Shown here: in pieces, positions 1 to 11,789 of the stretch | Layout of the letters: each line of letters starts with the position of its first letter | How positions within the stretch are numbered: the first letter of the stretch is position 1 | NCBI RefSeq assembly: GCF_036321535.1 | Contig: NC_087438.1 | Coordinates: 13,952,001 to 14,016,000 of the forward strand | Direction of reading: 5' to 3' | DNA from: Camelus dromedarius | Taxonomy: Eukaryota | DNA length: 64,000 bases | The notes under the pieces: model-generated | The model's database searches: none | Seen by the model: the letters and a program-made list of their open reading frames with translations, nothing else | Told to the model about the DNA's origin: nothing | Translations under genes and position numbers: made by a program

Positions 1-149
1 AGTAAACATCTCCTCAATCTTTGCCTAACACATGCTGTGGGTACCTGTCATCTAAAAAATGAAAAATGTACAGTCCCCTGTAATTCTGCAATTCTTGTTG
101 ACAAATCTCAAAAAAAAAAAAAGAGTTGTCTATATACTGTATGAAGTTG

Positions 150-490
150 TTCCTGTGGCTGAGGCAAAGATTTCGGTGCAGGGTATTTATCAGGGAGCAA
201 ATGTAAAGGAGGGGAGGGAGCATGGGTGACCAGAGGAAGATATTATCGGGGACGCAGGTCTAACAAAGATGAGGCTAATGCTGCAGGGATACACAGGCTG
301 CCTGAGTGTCCAGCACACTCAGTCACTGGATGAGGGTTATCCCAGAAATGACGTGACTTTAGCAAGCCGTGTATCAGCACCTGAGACAGATCTTGAAGGA
401 GGCTCGGGAGTGGGGTGCTGCACGTACTTCCCATGCTGGGCTGCAAGTCCTTCCTTACAGGGGATGGGCATTTGCGTCTACCTCACAGCG
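150..490 (-). mobile_element. ERVL-class solo LTR remnant, LTR16-like
   Basis: Blocks CTGAGGCAAAGATTTCGGTGCAGGGTATTTATCAGGGAG and GCTGGGCTGCAAGTCCTTCCTTACAGGGGATGGGC resemble the LTR16 family in reverse orientation (recalled consensus); GC elevated relative to flanks. Confidence 0.6.
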
Positions 491-579
491 ATCCTAGGTC
501 ATTTCCTCTCATGTCAAGCCCCTCCAGTGAAGCTGCGGTCTACACTAAAAACGCTCACGTGCTCTTCCCTTCAATACTT

Positions 580-910
580 CTCCTATTGCCAAGTCCAATG
601 GATTATGTCTGTTCTCATCTCATCAGCAGCAAACTGCCCACAGTCTACTATTCGTAACTCTCCCAAAGACTTCGTTTTTTGATCTCTCTCAGTTTTACTC
701 TCTGATGTTTTGGATTGTCATCCCACTAATTTACTTACTGTCATTATACTCATTTACTTATTAATTTTGACAATTGCTTGTCCTTTTCCACTGGAATAAA
801 AGCTCCACGAGGCCAAAGAGTTTCGTTTGTGGTGTTTTCGTTGCTATGCCCTCATTGCTAAAACAATCTCCGACCCAGAATTTTCTTCAGTGAAAATTGA
901 ATAAAGGAAG
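580..910 (+). mobile_element. L2 LINE 3' fragments
   Basis: GCCAAGTCCAATGG...CTCATCTCATCAGCAGCA and CTGGAATAAAAGCTCCACGAGGCCAAAGAGTTTCGTTTG resemble L2 3' blocks. Confidence 0.6.
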
Positions 911-1005
911 CCTCAAAAAACCCACAGAAGTGCATTGTAGCATCATAAACTAAAATGGATATAAAATAAGTTACTAAATTTAATGTATTTCCTTTGGATA
1001 TTGAA

Positions 1006-1437
1006 GATATTAGTTGGTAGGGTTGCTGTAACAAAGTACTACAAATGGGGCTGTGTAAAACCCAAAATTCATCTCTCAATTCTGGAAGCTAAGAATCTGA
1101 AATCAAGATATTGGCATGGTCAGCTCCTTCTGCGGGCTGTGAGGGATGGATCTGTTCCTGGCCCCCCTCCTTGGCTTATAGATGACTGTTTCCACACTCA
1201 CATGGCATCCTCCCTCTATCTTCAAATCATCTTTCCTCTGTGATAGCTCTATGCCCAAATTTCCTATTTTATAAGGACACCAGTCAAATTATATTATGGC
1301 TCACTCTGTGAATCCACTTTAACTTGATTTACCTCTGCAAAGACCCTGTCCTCAATTCAGGTCACGTTCTGAGGTACTGGGGGTTAGGAATTCAACATGT
1401 GAATTTGGGGGTAGGAGGTACAATTCAACCCATGACA
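1006..1437 (-). mobile_element. MaLR solo LTR, MLT1A/B-like
   Basis: TATTAGTT..GGTTGCTGTAACAAAGTACTACAAA, TTCTGGAAGCTAAGAATCTGAAATCAAG, TTATAAGGACACCAGTCA, GGTCACGTTCTGAGGTACTGGGGGTTAGGA and terminal CAATTCAACCCATGACA are typical MLT1 blocks in reverse. Confidence 0.9.
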
Positions 1438-1719
1438 CTAAGAAGAAAAGTAAATTACACCAAGAAAATATGGATATATGTTGAATATGTGAGCCTTTTC
1501 TTTGAGCCTTTATTATAGAAACTCTTTTAGGTAAAATCATGTCAGTTTGACCAAAAAAAGGATTGTGAAATATGTGAAAGAACACAACGCCACAGAAAAG
1601 ATGGAAGCAGAGAAAGACTTGTGTGGGCAGTCTGAAAGATCAATCAAAGAATAGAGATTACACAAGTGTATGATCAGGAAGAGTGGCTTTGAATTCCTTT
1701 ATCATGTGAGATGTAAAGA

Positions 1720-3540
1720 GTCATTCATTCTTTTAGCTAGTAGTTAGAGTGCCCAGAAAAATCCAGAAACTGTCCTGGGGCAGAAAAATCACTGACCTCA
1801 CGAAGCATACATTCTACAGAGGGCAGATTAGGGAGAATAAAAAGGAGGATAATTACCTACATTATATGTAGATTAGATGGTGTTAATTCAAGCTGGGGGG
1901 GAATGAAGCACTTGGTTTGGGCTTACAGGTTTAACTAGAACTGTAATAGTGGGACCTAGTTTTAACTAGGACTGTACTAGTGGCTGTTGGAGTTAGCTAG
2001 TTCTGGCTCACAAGAGTTGATTGTTAAAATCTCAAGAGTTTAGACAGCTGGTTAAAAAATGTAGTCGTTGCTAATGATTAAATTATATCCATTTACAATT
2101 CAACATCGTATCTTAGAAAATAAAAAATCTGAAAACTCATTACTTTCTAAGTTGAATTACTGTATTTTACTGTTAATTATGCTCTTGATGTTATTTGTGT
2201 CTATTTTATCTGTGTGGTGGAAATGCTATAAAATTATGTACACCTACTCATCCTTTCCCAACTATACATCCAGAGGTGTCATACGGGCAACTTGAAAATC
2301 ATTGGCAATGGAAATACTTCCACAATGAAATTCAGAAAATGTTGATTAAATCAAGGCTTAATTCATTGAGTTAGTGATTGTCTAGACTTGAGAAAGAAAA
2401 GGAAAAAGCATAAATAAAGCATATTAAAATCATACGTGTAGCCTTTAGATGTGAATAACACAAGAGTTGAAGAAACATTCTAATATAAACTATTCAACTT
2501 AGCAGGAAAAAGGTGGCTCATATAACTGATGAGAAACTAAAGTTGTACAAACAGCTTTTATCTACATGTTAATGTAAGCAAAAATATCAACCGATACCTA
2601 AGCCAGAACTAAACTCATTTGTCAATGACCTGAGCAACTTCTTTGCTGAATCAGACAGTAATCAAGCATTTATTTGCAGTAGGATTTTTGTCGATATTCA
2701 TTGGATTGCAACAATGAGTTGTGTGTGGATGCAGGAGTTTGGCAAAAATCAATGTAGGCATTCTGCAAGAATCAATAGGCTATATGGAATTTATAAAAAA
2801 GAGTGATGCATAATTTATAATCGTTTGTAAATTTGGGTGCTACACATCAATTACATCAGTAAAATTAACAATAAACAAATATATATATATATATACATAC
2901 TTATACACATGCTTACATATTTGTGGTTGTTAAATATTTACAAGCACATCAGTAACAGCTAGCATTAAACGGATTTGAAAGAGGTGAGAGGGAAAAGTTC
3001 CAGGCCAAAAGAGTAACAAGTGCAAATGCTTTAATGTGGCTACTTTTTAGGTTGTTTGAGGGAAAGCTGTGAGGCCAGCATCTCTAAAGCAAAAAGAAGA
3101 TGAAGAAGAGGGGATGAGATCAGAATGACAGGCCACGTCATTGACAGGCATGTAAATTACTGTAGTGCTTTTTGACTTGGGTCATAAATGAGATAGGGAA
3201 CCACTGGAAGGTTAAGTAGATACGAAATGAAGAAAAGGATGAGGTGAGGCACTTTGGAGCACATTTCTAAGGATGAGGTGTCTGATTGGAAGTGGAGTGT
3301 GAGGGAAAGGAAGTGATTCAAATGGCATGAAGGCATCTGGCTTAAGGGCTTGGGTCAGTGGGGAACCCCTCTACAAGATTGGAAGTGTAAGATAAAGATC
3401 AATGAAGAGAGTGTTAATTCAAGGCTATATTGACTTTTATGTGCTTGAGAGCTATCTCTGCAAAAAAGACTGATGGGTAGTTGAACACATGGTGTTCGTA
3501 GAAGGGTCTGGGTTGGCGAGTCAAGACTATAATGACACTC
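1720..3540 (-). mobile_element. Old L2 LINE remnant, interrupted by the MER63 element
   Basis: TCATTCATTC tail near 1722, then purine-rich L2 reverse-strand blocks on both sides of 1978-2954 (e.g. TTCCAGGCCAAAAGAGTAACAAGTGCAAA, GAGATAGGGAACCACTGGAAGG). Confidence 0.6.
1978..2954 (+). mobile_element. hAT-Blackjack non-autonomous DNA transposon, MER63C/D-like, near full length
   Basis: Co-linear with recalled MER63 consensus: start TAGTGGCTGTTGGAG..GGCTCACAAGAGTTGATTGTTAAA; internal TATGCTCTTGATGTTATTT, GATTGTCTAGACTTGAGAAAG, TTTGGCAAAAATCAA, GGCTATATGGAATTTA; end GGTTGTTAAATATTTACAAGCACATCAGT. Confidence 0.9.
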
Positions 3541-4654
3541 ATAAAGAGAAGGATGGATATAAAGTCACTCTTGCCCAACATAATAAAGAGAGTGGCTTTA
3601 TTATAATTAATGGCCTAGATTGCTCTCTACGGAGTCTTTACTCCTTGTATAAAGCTTAGTATGAATCCATTGCTTTTTTGTCTTTGGTTTTGTGCATGTG
3701 TATGTGCTTTGTTTTTGTTTTGCAGCTATGGATGTTTGTATTTTGTGAGATGGACCAGGATCCTACACTTTGGGAGTAGCTACTTTCTAATTATCATATC
3801 AAGATCTTTTTCTCACTGAATCGTTTGCCATTCAATACATTTTCATTTTGATTCTTTGTAGAAAGACAGGCAGAAAAAGAACTAGGCAGCTACAACAGCC
3901 TATAAAGTAAGTAAAACAAACACTGCATTAATCAATGTAATGTATCTAAGACTAAATATAAAAATCTGGTTCCCTGGAAATATCTGAGAATTCTTTGTAT
4001 AGAGTTATTTAAAGTTTGAAGAATGAGTTATATTAAAGAACAAGAAAATAATCAGACAGGATTACAGAACAAGGATTGAACTAGGAAAAGAATTAACATG
4101 GCAAATAATGGCTGAGGAAGTAAGGCTAAATGAGGCATTGATTTAGTTATTTTAGAGATTTCTTTTTCTATTAAAATAAACCCAGAAATCATATTGCTTT
4201 TGTTGATTTAGCACTTTTCACTGCTTATTTTAACGCTGTTCACTCTTAGGGTTCCAGAGAACCTATAAATGTCTTTCCACTGCCTCAAGGACCATTTATC
4301 AAACTCACTGCATGAGCTCACCTGGCAAGGGTTTATACATCTTGCTCTGCAGTATTTCCCTTTCAATAACTAAAGGAGTAATTCTAAAAGGAATTAACTA
4401 AAGAGAGAGCACCAAATGTGAGTACAGGTAAGCCATAGCCTGAGATATTTCATGCATACGGACAACGGAGAAGGTGTAGTAAGTGGGGATTTTCACATAT
4501 TCCCAGTTAATTCAGAAGCAGCAGCATCATATATATGAATATAACTCTTCAATATTACTCTTTCATTGTGTCATTTGAGATCCAAAATAATTCTCAATTT
4601 GTCAGTTTTTGCCTTGCTTTGTAACAGAACTTTGTTTACTCAAGCCCTTGATTT

Positions 4655-4685
<31 letters not shown>

Positions 4686-4699
4686 TATTTTTTTTTTTT
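4655..4699. repeat. A15-(TA)9-T12 AT palindrome/microsatellite
   Basis: Read directly from sequence. Confidence 0.95.
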
Positions 4700-5021
4700 A
4701 CTTCTTAATCTCTCCTTTGTAGTCACTTAGAAGGTCACCAGACCAGCCATTTCTCAAACTCTGAGGCTATTTTCAAGCTGTAGACTGGGTCAAGAGACTT
4801 TACTATGTGTCACAAAAATATTCAGAGCTTTGCTGAAGGGCTTATGAACTGTCTTAAGAAACTTATTCACATTTTATAAATAAAAACTGAAGACAAGCTA
4901 ATATTACCTTTTTGAAATAACGAAGAAATACAGCTAACTATCCTCCAATACTACGTTTCAAATCATTCAGAGGTAAGTACCACATGCTATTTATATTTGC
5001 AATGGACTATTTAAACATAGC

Positions 5022-5460
5022 TTATTCAGCCAGAAGAAAAGAATACAATCTTGCCATTTGTGACAACGTGGCTGGACTTTGAGAGCATTATGCTAAGTCA
5101 GACAGAGACAACTACTGTATGATCTCATACAGATGTGGAATCTGAAAAAAATAAACAATCACCCTCCTCCCCCCCACCCCCAAACTCAAAGATGCAGAGA
5201 ATAGCAGGCAGAGTGTAGGAGGTGGGGGCAAAATGGGTAAAGGAGTCAAAAGATACAAACTTTCAGTTATAGAATAAACACGTCGGGGAGTGTAATGTAA
5301 TCACTAAGGTTAATAATACTGTACTGCGTGTTTCAAAGTTGCTAAGCGAGTAGAGAGAGTTCTCATCACAAGAAAGACGTTGTAACAATGTATGGTGACA
5401 GATGTTAACTAGACTCACTGCGGGGATCATTTTGCAATATATACAAATATTGAATCATGT
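5022..5460 (+). mobile_element. LINE-1 3' end (end of ORF2 plus 3'UTR), L1MA9-like, tail missing
   Basis: TTATTCAGCC..AATCTTGCCATTTGTGACAACGTGGCTGGACTTTGAGAGCATTATGCTAAG, AAAGTTGCTAAG, GATGTTAACTAGACT..GATCATTTTGCAATATATACAAATATTGAATCAT. Confidence 0.9.
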
Positions 5461-6559
5461 CATATGTAGGTGCATGCCCTCCATTGAAGCATCACACCCA
5501 TCCACGCCATTGCATGCATTCTCCAATGGCCTGCTGTCTCTCTGCTTCTCCACAGGCTGCAAACATTGCTTTGACTGCTGGTGGCATCTAAGTAGAGAAT
5601 GCAATGTGACGTTGTAAGCAGGGGCCAGTGCAGTTAATTTACACTGCATAAGCTGGCCTCCAGTGTGCTTACCTACCTGCTCACTGTGAATAAAGACAAT
5701 CATAACATTTCTATATATCAGGGCCCCTGTGATGTCTTTTTTTTTTTTATTGTATACTGTTTTCAGATTTTACATGGCAACCCTGTCATCAAACAGAATT
5801 GATAATGAAACAAAGATAACAGCTTAATCTCCATATGTCAACAGTTATTAAACACAACCTATTTCTTCCAATGACTGTTTGCTTGCTAAAAGAACCAAAT
5901 TCTAACAAACTGGAAATCACCAAATTAATTCAGTTAATTCATTTAATGAAGAAATTAATTCAGTGAGAATTTACTGCATTACCAGTAGGTGTTCAGTGCT
6001 CAGAATACAAAGGGGTACAGAAAAGAGTCCTGAAACAGATGTGCTCACATTAAATAGAATGACCTTTTTATGAACATATCATAACCGAGACAGTTTGACC
6101 TGGATTATTTCAAACATATTTTAAAAATTTATTTAGAGAATGAGGCATTGAGGGGTGAGATATCTCTTAATTAACACATTATTTTCTGGCTACTGAAACG
6201 TGTAGGTAATGGATCAAAATGAGTGAGAAGATCCTGGATGTAATTATACTGCTCCAGTAACTTCTTACTTGTGCTTTGGAAACATCAGTCAAATTCAAGA
6301 CAAATCCCATTTCCCTGAAGTATGCTTGTAATGGCATGTGGGAATTTAAGTTAAAGGACAAGTTCCTATTCTTCTCTCATCTAAAATCATATTAAGCTAT
6401 TTCTGCAGAACTCTTTCTATAATGTGTGAAAGAAAAAGCTTGTCAATAACTCTATTTTGATACGTAACAATATGGTTATTTAAAAGAGCAACATGAGGTT
6501 TTCTCTTCCTTCTGTTTCCACCCTAGAAATCTGGACCATATTGAAAAACAAGTGTATCA

Positions 6560-6760
6560 ATTAAGAACATGGATTCTGCAGACAGACTGATAGTGTTCAA
6601 ACTCTATTCTCAGTGATTAGCAGTGTGGCCTTAAGAAAATTACTTCTCTGTGACTCAGTTTCCTCCTTCAGAAAACGTGGGTCATGAATTCTCATCTTGT
6701 CATAAGGCTACTGTAATGATGAAATAAAATAGCATTTGCAAAGCACAGAAAAATGCCCAG
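6560..6760 (+). mobile_element. MIR SINE
   Basis: Core GTGTGGCCTTAAGAAAATTACTTCTCTGTGACTCAGTTTCCTCCTTCAGAAAACGTGGG. Confidence 0.8.
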
Positions 6761-6804
6761 AAAAGCAAAACAAAATCATAAGCAAAATTTCGCACTGTTC
6801 TTAC

Positions 6805-7422
6805 TGAGACAGGAAGGGGGCAGGGCACAGCCATTCAAGGAATGCTACAGCAATTAACATCAAAATGGTAAAAGATTCAACCCCTAGTAGGCCTTGAGGC
6901 ACCAGATGGTGGGAGATTTGACTTCTAGGAGACCTTGAGCTTCACTATACGCCCATTGTAATATATTAGCTTGGTGAATAACATGCCCACAGGCGCAATG
7001 GCAGTCCCAAGGCTAGCCACAAAAGGTCAAAGAGTGGGAAATGGCCAACTTCCTGGGAATCCCAGCCCCTTCCCCAGGCTAGTTAGACTGGTCCTTCCAC
7101 TTATTAGCATATGAAGCCATAAAAACTGGCAACAGGATGCCTCGCGGCCACTGCCATCTCTCTCCCTCTTCGGAGACTGCCAGCACTCTATGGAGTGTGT
7201 AACTACTTTTAATCTGAACACCCAACCTCCACACCTCATGGCCTTTCTCGTAACTTTCAATGTATCTCTCGAATAACTCTACCTTTTCTCAACTGGGGCT
7301 CGCTCTTGAATTCTTTCCTGCACGAAGCCAAGGACCCACACCTGGCGGGGCACGTCCCAGGGGCTCAACCGAAGTCTGGGACACAGCCCTCCTCACGCAC
7401 CACATCCTTTTTTCCAGCATCA
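6805..7422 (+). mobile_element. ERV1-class solo LTR, MER41-related
   Basis: TG (6805)...CA (7422) termini; 4-bp TSD TTAC/TTAT; ~40-bp tandem duplication in U3; TATA-like CATAAAAA at 7118; decayed polyA signal AATAAC near 7272; U5 block GGCTCGCTCTTGAATTCTTTCCTGCACGAAGCCAAGGACCC typical of MER41-like LTRs. Confidence 0.88.
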
Positions 7423-9539
7423 TTATTATTTATATATTATCATGTGTCAGGACGACCAGATAATATAGTCAGCTTAGTGGGAAATGTTCTCCCAAAGAAT
7501 ATGCTTAAATGAACACAGTTCCCACAGTTTTTATAGTATTCCAAATCTTACCGAGCTTTGTAACGTCATCTAATTTTCAACTCCAAATGGCCCCGTGAGG
7601 TGACAGGACAGGATATATATATACATATTTTTAATTTATTGATGAGGATAAAGACAGAAAATATCAAATAACTCATCTGGATTTGCTAATAAGTGTTCAG
7701 TGATTTTTCTACTGATTATTGGTGCCAGATTTGTTTTTTCCAGAGCAAATGAATTGAATGTAGCATGTTCCTTAGATAGATTAGCAGGTCTATCTAAACA
7801 GAGTTGCCTACAGTAGTATTTCATATTTTACTACAGGCAAATTTTTTTGATGTAGGTATATTTGATAATTTTGCTGATGCTTGATCATTAGGTGACTCTC
7901 TTTAAATTACATAAAACCAATATTTACATATGCAAGTACATATAGGAACACTAAACATTATCTTTTCTTAGTTTAATTCTCATGTCAAAGATGTTGCTAT
8001 TTTATACTTTTTTGGAACCACTCCTGGAAGACCAGAAGAAATGAGAAATGATTGCTTTATAAACACTTGATAACAAAGTCCTTCATCTTTGGAAGTCATA
8101 TTTGATGGTTGGAAATAGATGTAGGATCTTAAAATTAAATCTAAGTCATTAAAGTAAATGATTATGATATGTTTGGACCATAAAAAGAGTATCAATTCTT
8201 AGCAAGAAGGCTGTATATATATATTTATGTATGTATGTATCTGTCTCTCTCCTATTTTATTTTTCTGTTTTACATCACAAACTGTCTCTGAATATGATTT
8301 TGAAAGAGAAGTTCAAAGGTATGTTTAACAAGCTTGACATGGTTGTACAGAATATAATTCTCCAAAGTAATTGCCTTGAAGAGTTACAATCATTCTTATG
8401 TGCTTTGGCAGAGGGAAAATAGACATTCCCATTAATTTTCAGTCAAAATGTATATTTATTATAGGTGACGGCAGCAAGAGAAAGTTTCCTAAAAGTAAAG
8501 TGGGCTTTTTTTTCATAGTAAAGTGCCAATGAATTGTGAAATATTACCCATAAAACCACTACTTGCTGAAATAGACCTGGCTCAATCGATGACTTTCAAT
8601 TACTAAGTGGAAAAGCCCTCCCCTGATTTTTATACAGTCTGATTCACTTACGGCAACAAACATTATAGAAAAAGATTATAAGCTGCAGATTTGCAAGTCC
8701 ACCTAGTTCTGGAGCTCAATTAATAAATATTAATCATCTTTTTAATAGTTGAAAAGCCATACACAAACATATTCCCAACTGAAGATGCATTTTTTTTATT
8801 CAAACGATTTTGTGGAGAAAGAGCTTTACTTTATTTCTATGTTTTGTAAGTGTTTTGTTTGTAGGATGTACCTTGAAACTATAAAGAAATTTATTTATGA
8901 TTTAAATTTTAATAATTACTTATAAATCATTTGACTAGTAATGTTTATATACACAGCTATCTAATCTCCATGATATGTTATCAATATAAATTAAATTCAA
9001 ACTGTTTTCATTTATAAAAACAAAACTATTTATATAAAATTGTGGAATTACCATAGTCATTATTTTTAAAAAAATTACCCTGTATTCTATGCATTCTTTC
9101 ATCTTTTGTTGGATTTTTCTCATGCTGTGTTCATAGTTACTCACATATTAGTGTAACATATCATTCAGAAAGTAAAGACAAGGAGAAAAAAATAGCTGAA
9201 ATCATGACGATGTTTATTCTTATCCAAATCTGTACTCCTATTGGTATTTTCTAAGCAGAAATCTTCTTTGGTATTTTATTTCCATCACTATGGATTTACC
9301 TTTTATAAGCCACATGATTCTTTCAGCCAGAAATGACAGAATAAATACAATTTTCTCTCAAGCCAAACTGAGAGAAAAGACTGAATCCAAACCATCTGTG
9401 CCTCTCTTCTTAATGGAGTTTTGCTCCTCTGGGGAAAATTAATTTAGAGGCTCTGGAAATCTACACAGTGCAGGTAGATTGTTTAGATTGGACATGTCAA
9501 CCTCACTGCCGACACACCAACCCTGACCCCTCATTCAGT

Positions 9540-9720
9540 AACAAAGCCTGTTTTAGTTTAGTCTGCACAATCCTAATCCCTTTGTTCTAACTGCTCTTTT
9601 TATTCCACAGTAATTACCACCTTCTAACATTACGTGTAATTTTATTTTTATTATGTTGTTACTGTTTATTGTCTGTTTTCTCTACACTACCCTCGACACA
9701 ACGAGAATATAAGCCAAGTG
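9540..9720 (+). mobile_element. L2 3' fragment
   Basis: CCACAGTAATTACCACCTTCTAACAT..TTTATTGTCTGTTTTCTC..GAGAATATAAGCC. Confidence 0.6.
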
Positions 9721-10414
9721 GTCACAAACTGGAAAATCAAATGATAGGAAAACTCTTAAGCATGAAGAGTACATTTTTTTTTCCCCTAATACCGTGGCAT
9801 GTGTCACAGGAAACACATGAACACCACCTAAGCTTTACTTCAATACACCCAACTGACTAGGGGCGCTAAGAGGGGAAAGCAATGTGTTGAAAACCTGTTT
9901 CTTGTGCTGTGTATCTAAGTCATTCTGAATCACCCATGTCTGGAAGCCTAGAGCTGGGAAAGCAAGAATAAACAAGCAGATGCCTCATTAGAACCGCTGC
10001 TCCTTCTCTGCCTGCGGTGGAGTTCAAGGTTCTTCTCTGATGTTGTGGGTCATAGCTAGGAAGACGTTTTGATATACTTATCCCATGGAAGCTGTGATAA
10101 AGCCAGATACCGAAATGCCAATCTTCTGTATGTGGATCCTTCAAAAAATTTTTACAAAGACAAATAACAGAAAAAAATTAAAATAAATAAAACAGGGGAA
10201 AAAAGAATAGGGTGTCTGTTCCCTTTGCTGGGGTTTGGTATGGTCCCAATAGCATCTTTGCTTCTCTAAGGATGCGGAACCTGTGAAATAATACCGCCAG
10301 GTAACATCAAACCAGCTTGCAATTTCTGCTCTGGGCAAGGAATCTCAATAGCTTCTAGAAGAATTGTGTGCAGCCCCGAGGAGAAGACATCCATACGGTG
10401 GAGACAATTTCAGG

Positions 10415-10665
10415 CTGGCTTAGCATACCGGCTAAGAGCCTGTCTCTAAAATGAGAATGCAGAGGCTTTTTCACTTAATCCTTTGTGAATGTGCTTAAAT
10501 TACTTAAATCTTTTGTCCTTCAGTTACCTGATCTGGAAAATAAGATACTAGCTGTACCTTTTCCACAGTATCATTGAAAGGATAAAATGAGATGAAACAC
10601 AGAAAAGATTTAAAGCAGTGCTTGCATGTGGCAACTACTCAATACATGTCACCTATGTTACTGTT
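10415..10665 (+). mobile_element. MIR SINE, near full length
   Basis: AAATTACTTAAATCTTTTGTCCTTCAGTTACCTGATCTGGAAAAT core; 3' AAAGCAGTGCTTGCATGTGGCAACTACTCAATACATGT. Confidence 0.75.
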
Positions 10666-10699
10666 CTTTTTAAAGACGCAAGCAATACGTTATGTGAGG

Positions 10700-11780
10700 A
10701 CCAGTAAAGCAGGGTATGAAACAAGAAGGTGATTCAGTTTGAATATTATATTGAGTAGCTAGAAAAGACTTTTATGAAAGGTGATAGCTGATCTGAGAAT
10801 AAAGGGAGGGAATGAACCAAGTGCTAATTTAAGGAAAGCCTCGTAGACTTGGAGGAGTGAAAGCAAATGCCAACTGTGCAAAGCTAGAGGGAGCTGGAGT
10901 CCAGGAACGCTAGGAGTCAGTGTGGCTGGAGCAGAGACAGGCAGGGGAAAATAAACCAGAGCAGAGAGGTAGAGACGCTAAGTCATGGAAGGCCCTACAG
11001 GTCCGTGGAAGGGTACTGTCTTCCATTTTGCGGGAAGTATTGGTGGTTTTGGTAGAGAAGGTAGAGGACTCCTTGGCCTGGATAGGCTGAGTTCTTACAA
11101 AAATAGTAGTGATTTATTTCCTGCTCATGTTCCACATCCCTGGATATAGGTCAGCTATAGCTCTCCTCTGTGTCCTTTCATTCTGGGTCCCGTGTTGAAC
11201 GACCATGCCCCAAGGCAGAAGGGAAGAGCAAGAGAGATGGAGTTACTTCTGCTGGGAACTGGTGCAGATCACTGTGTTCACATGGCATTGCCCTACAAGT
11301 CATGAGGCCAGGCCTCTCCATAGGGTCAGGATGTGTGCTCTTTCCTCTGAGAATCTCAAAGTGGAAGCATATATACCTCCAAAAAAGAAGAAGCAGATGA
11401 TTGTAAACAATAATATCATCTATTAAAGAAAACATGAAAGTGTGAGTTTTAAAAGGATCCCTCAATGGTCGTTTCATGAAGAATGCAATATATGTAAGTA
11501 AAAATAGAATCGGGGAGAGAAGATGATCCTGAGATCTTCTACAGAAAGTAATAATGTTTCTACCTAAGATTAGAAATAGAGGTGAAATGCAGGGATTGAA
11601 TTGAAGATATATATATTGAATACAGAGTTGCTAAGATGTGCTTACAGACTGGCTGTAAGGCGTGGGAGAAAGGAAAAACTCGGAATGATTTTTTATTTGT
11701 TTTGTTGTTTCTGTTGTTTGGCCTGAGCCACAAGAAAAAATGAATGTGTCACTGAAATGGAGAAACTGAAATATAAATTA
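10700..11780 (-). mobile_element. L2 remnant interrupted by an MLT1 LTR
   Basis: GGAGTCAGTGTGGCTGGAGCAGAG..GTCATGGAAGGCCCTACAGG before the LTR; TTTGGCCTGAGC..CACTGAAATGGAGAAACTG after it. Confidence 0.6.
11080..11425 (-). mobile_element. Old MaLR LTR, MLT1I/J-like
   Basis: TTTATTTCCTGCTCATGTTCCACATCC..GGTCAGCT, TTCTGCTGGGAACTGG..TCACTGTGTTCACATGGCATTGCC..AAGTCATGAGGCCAGGCCT. Confidence 0.65.
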
Positions 11781-11789
11781 AAACATGGC

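Noticed and set aside
269..682. 137-aa plus-strand ORF
   Set aside because: Spans an LTR16-like remnant and an L2 fragment; no recognisable domain
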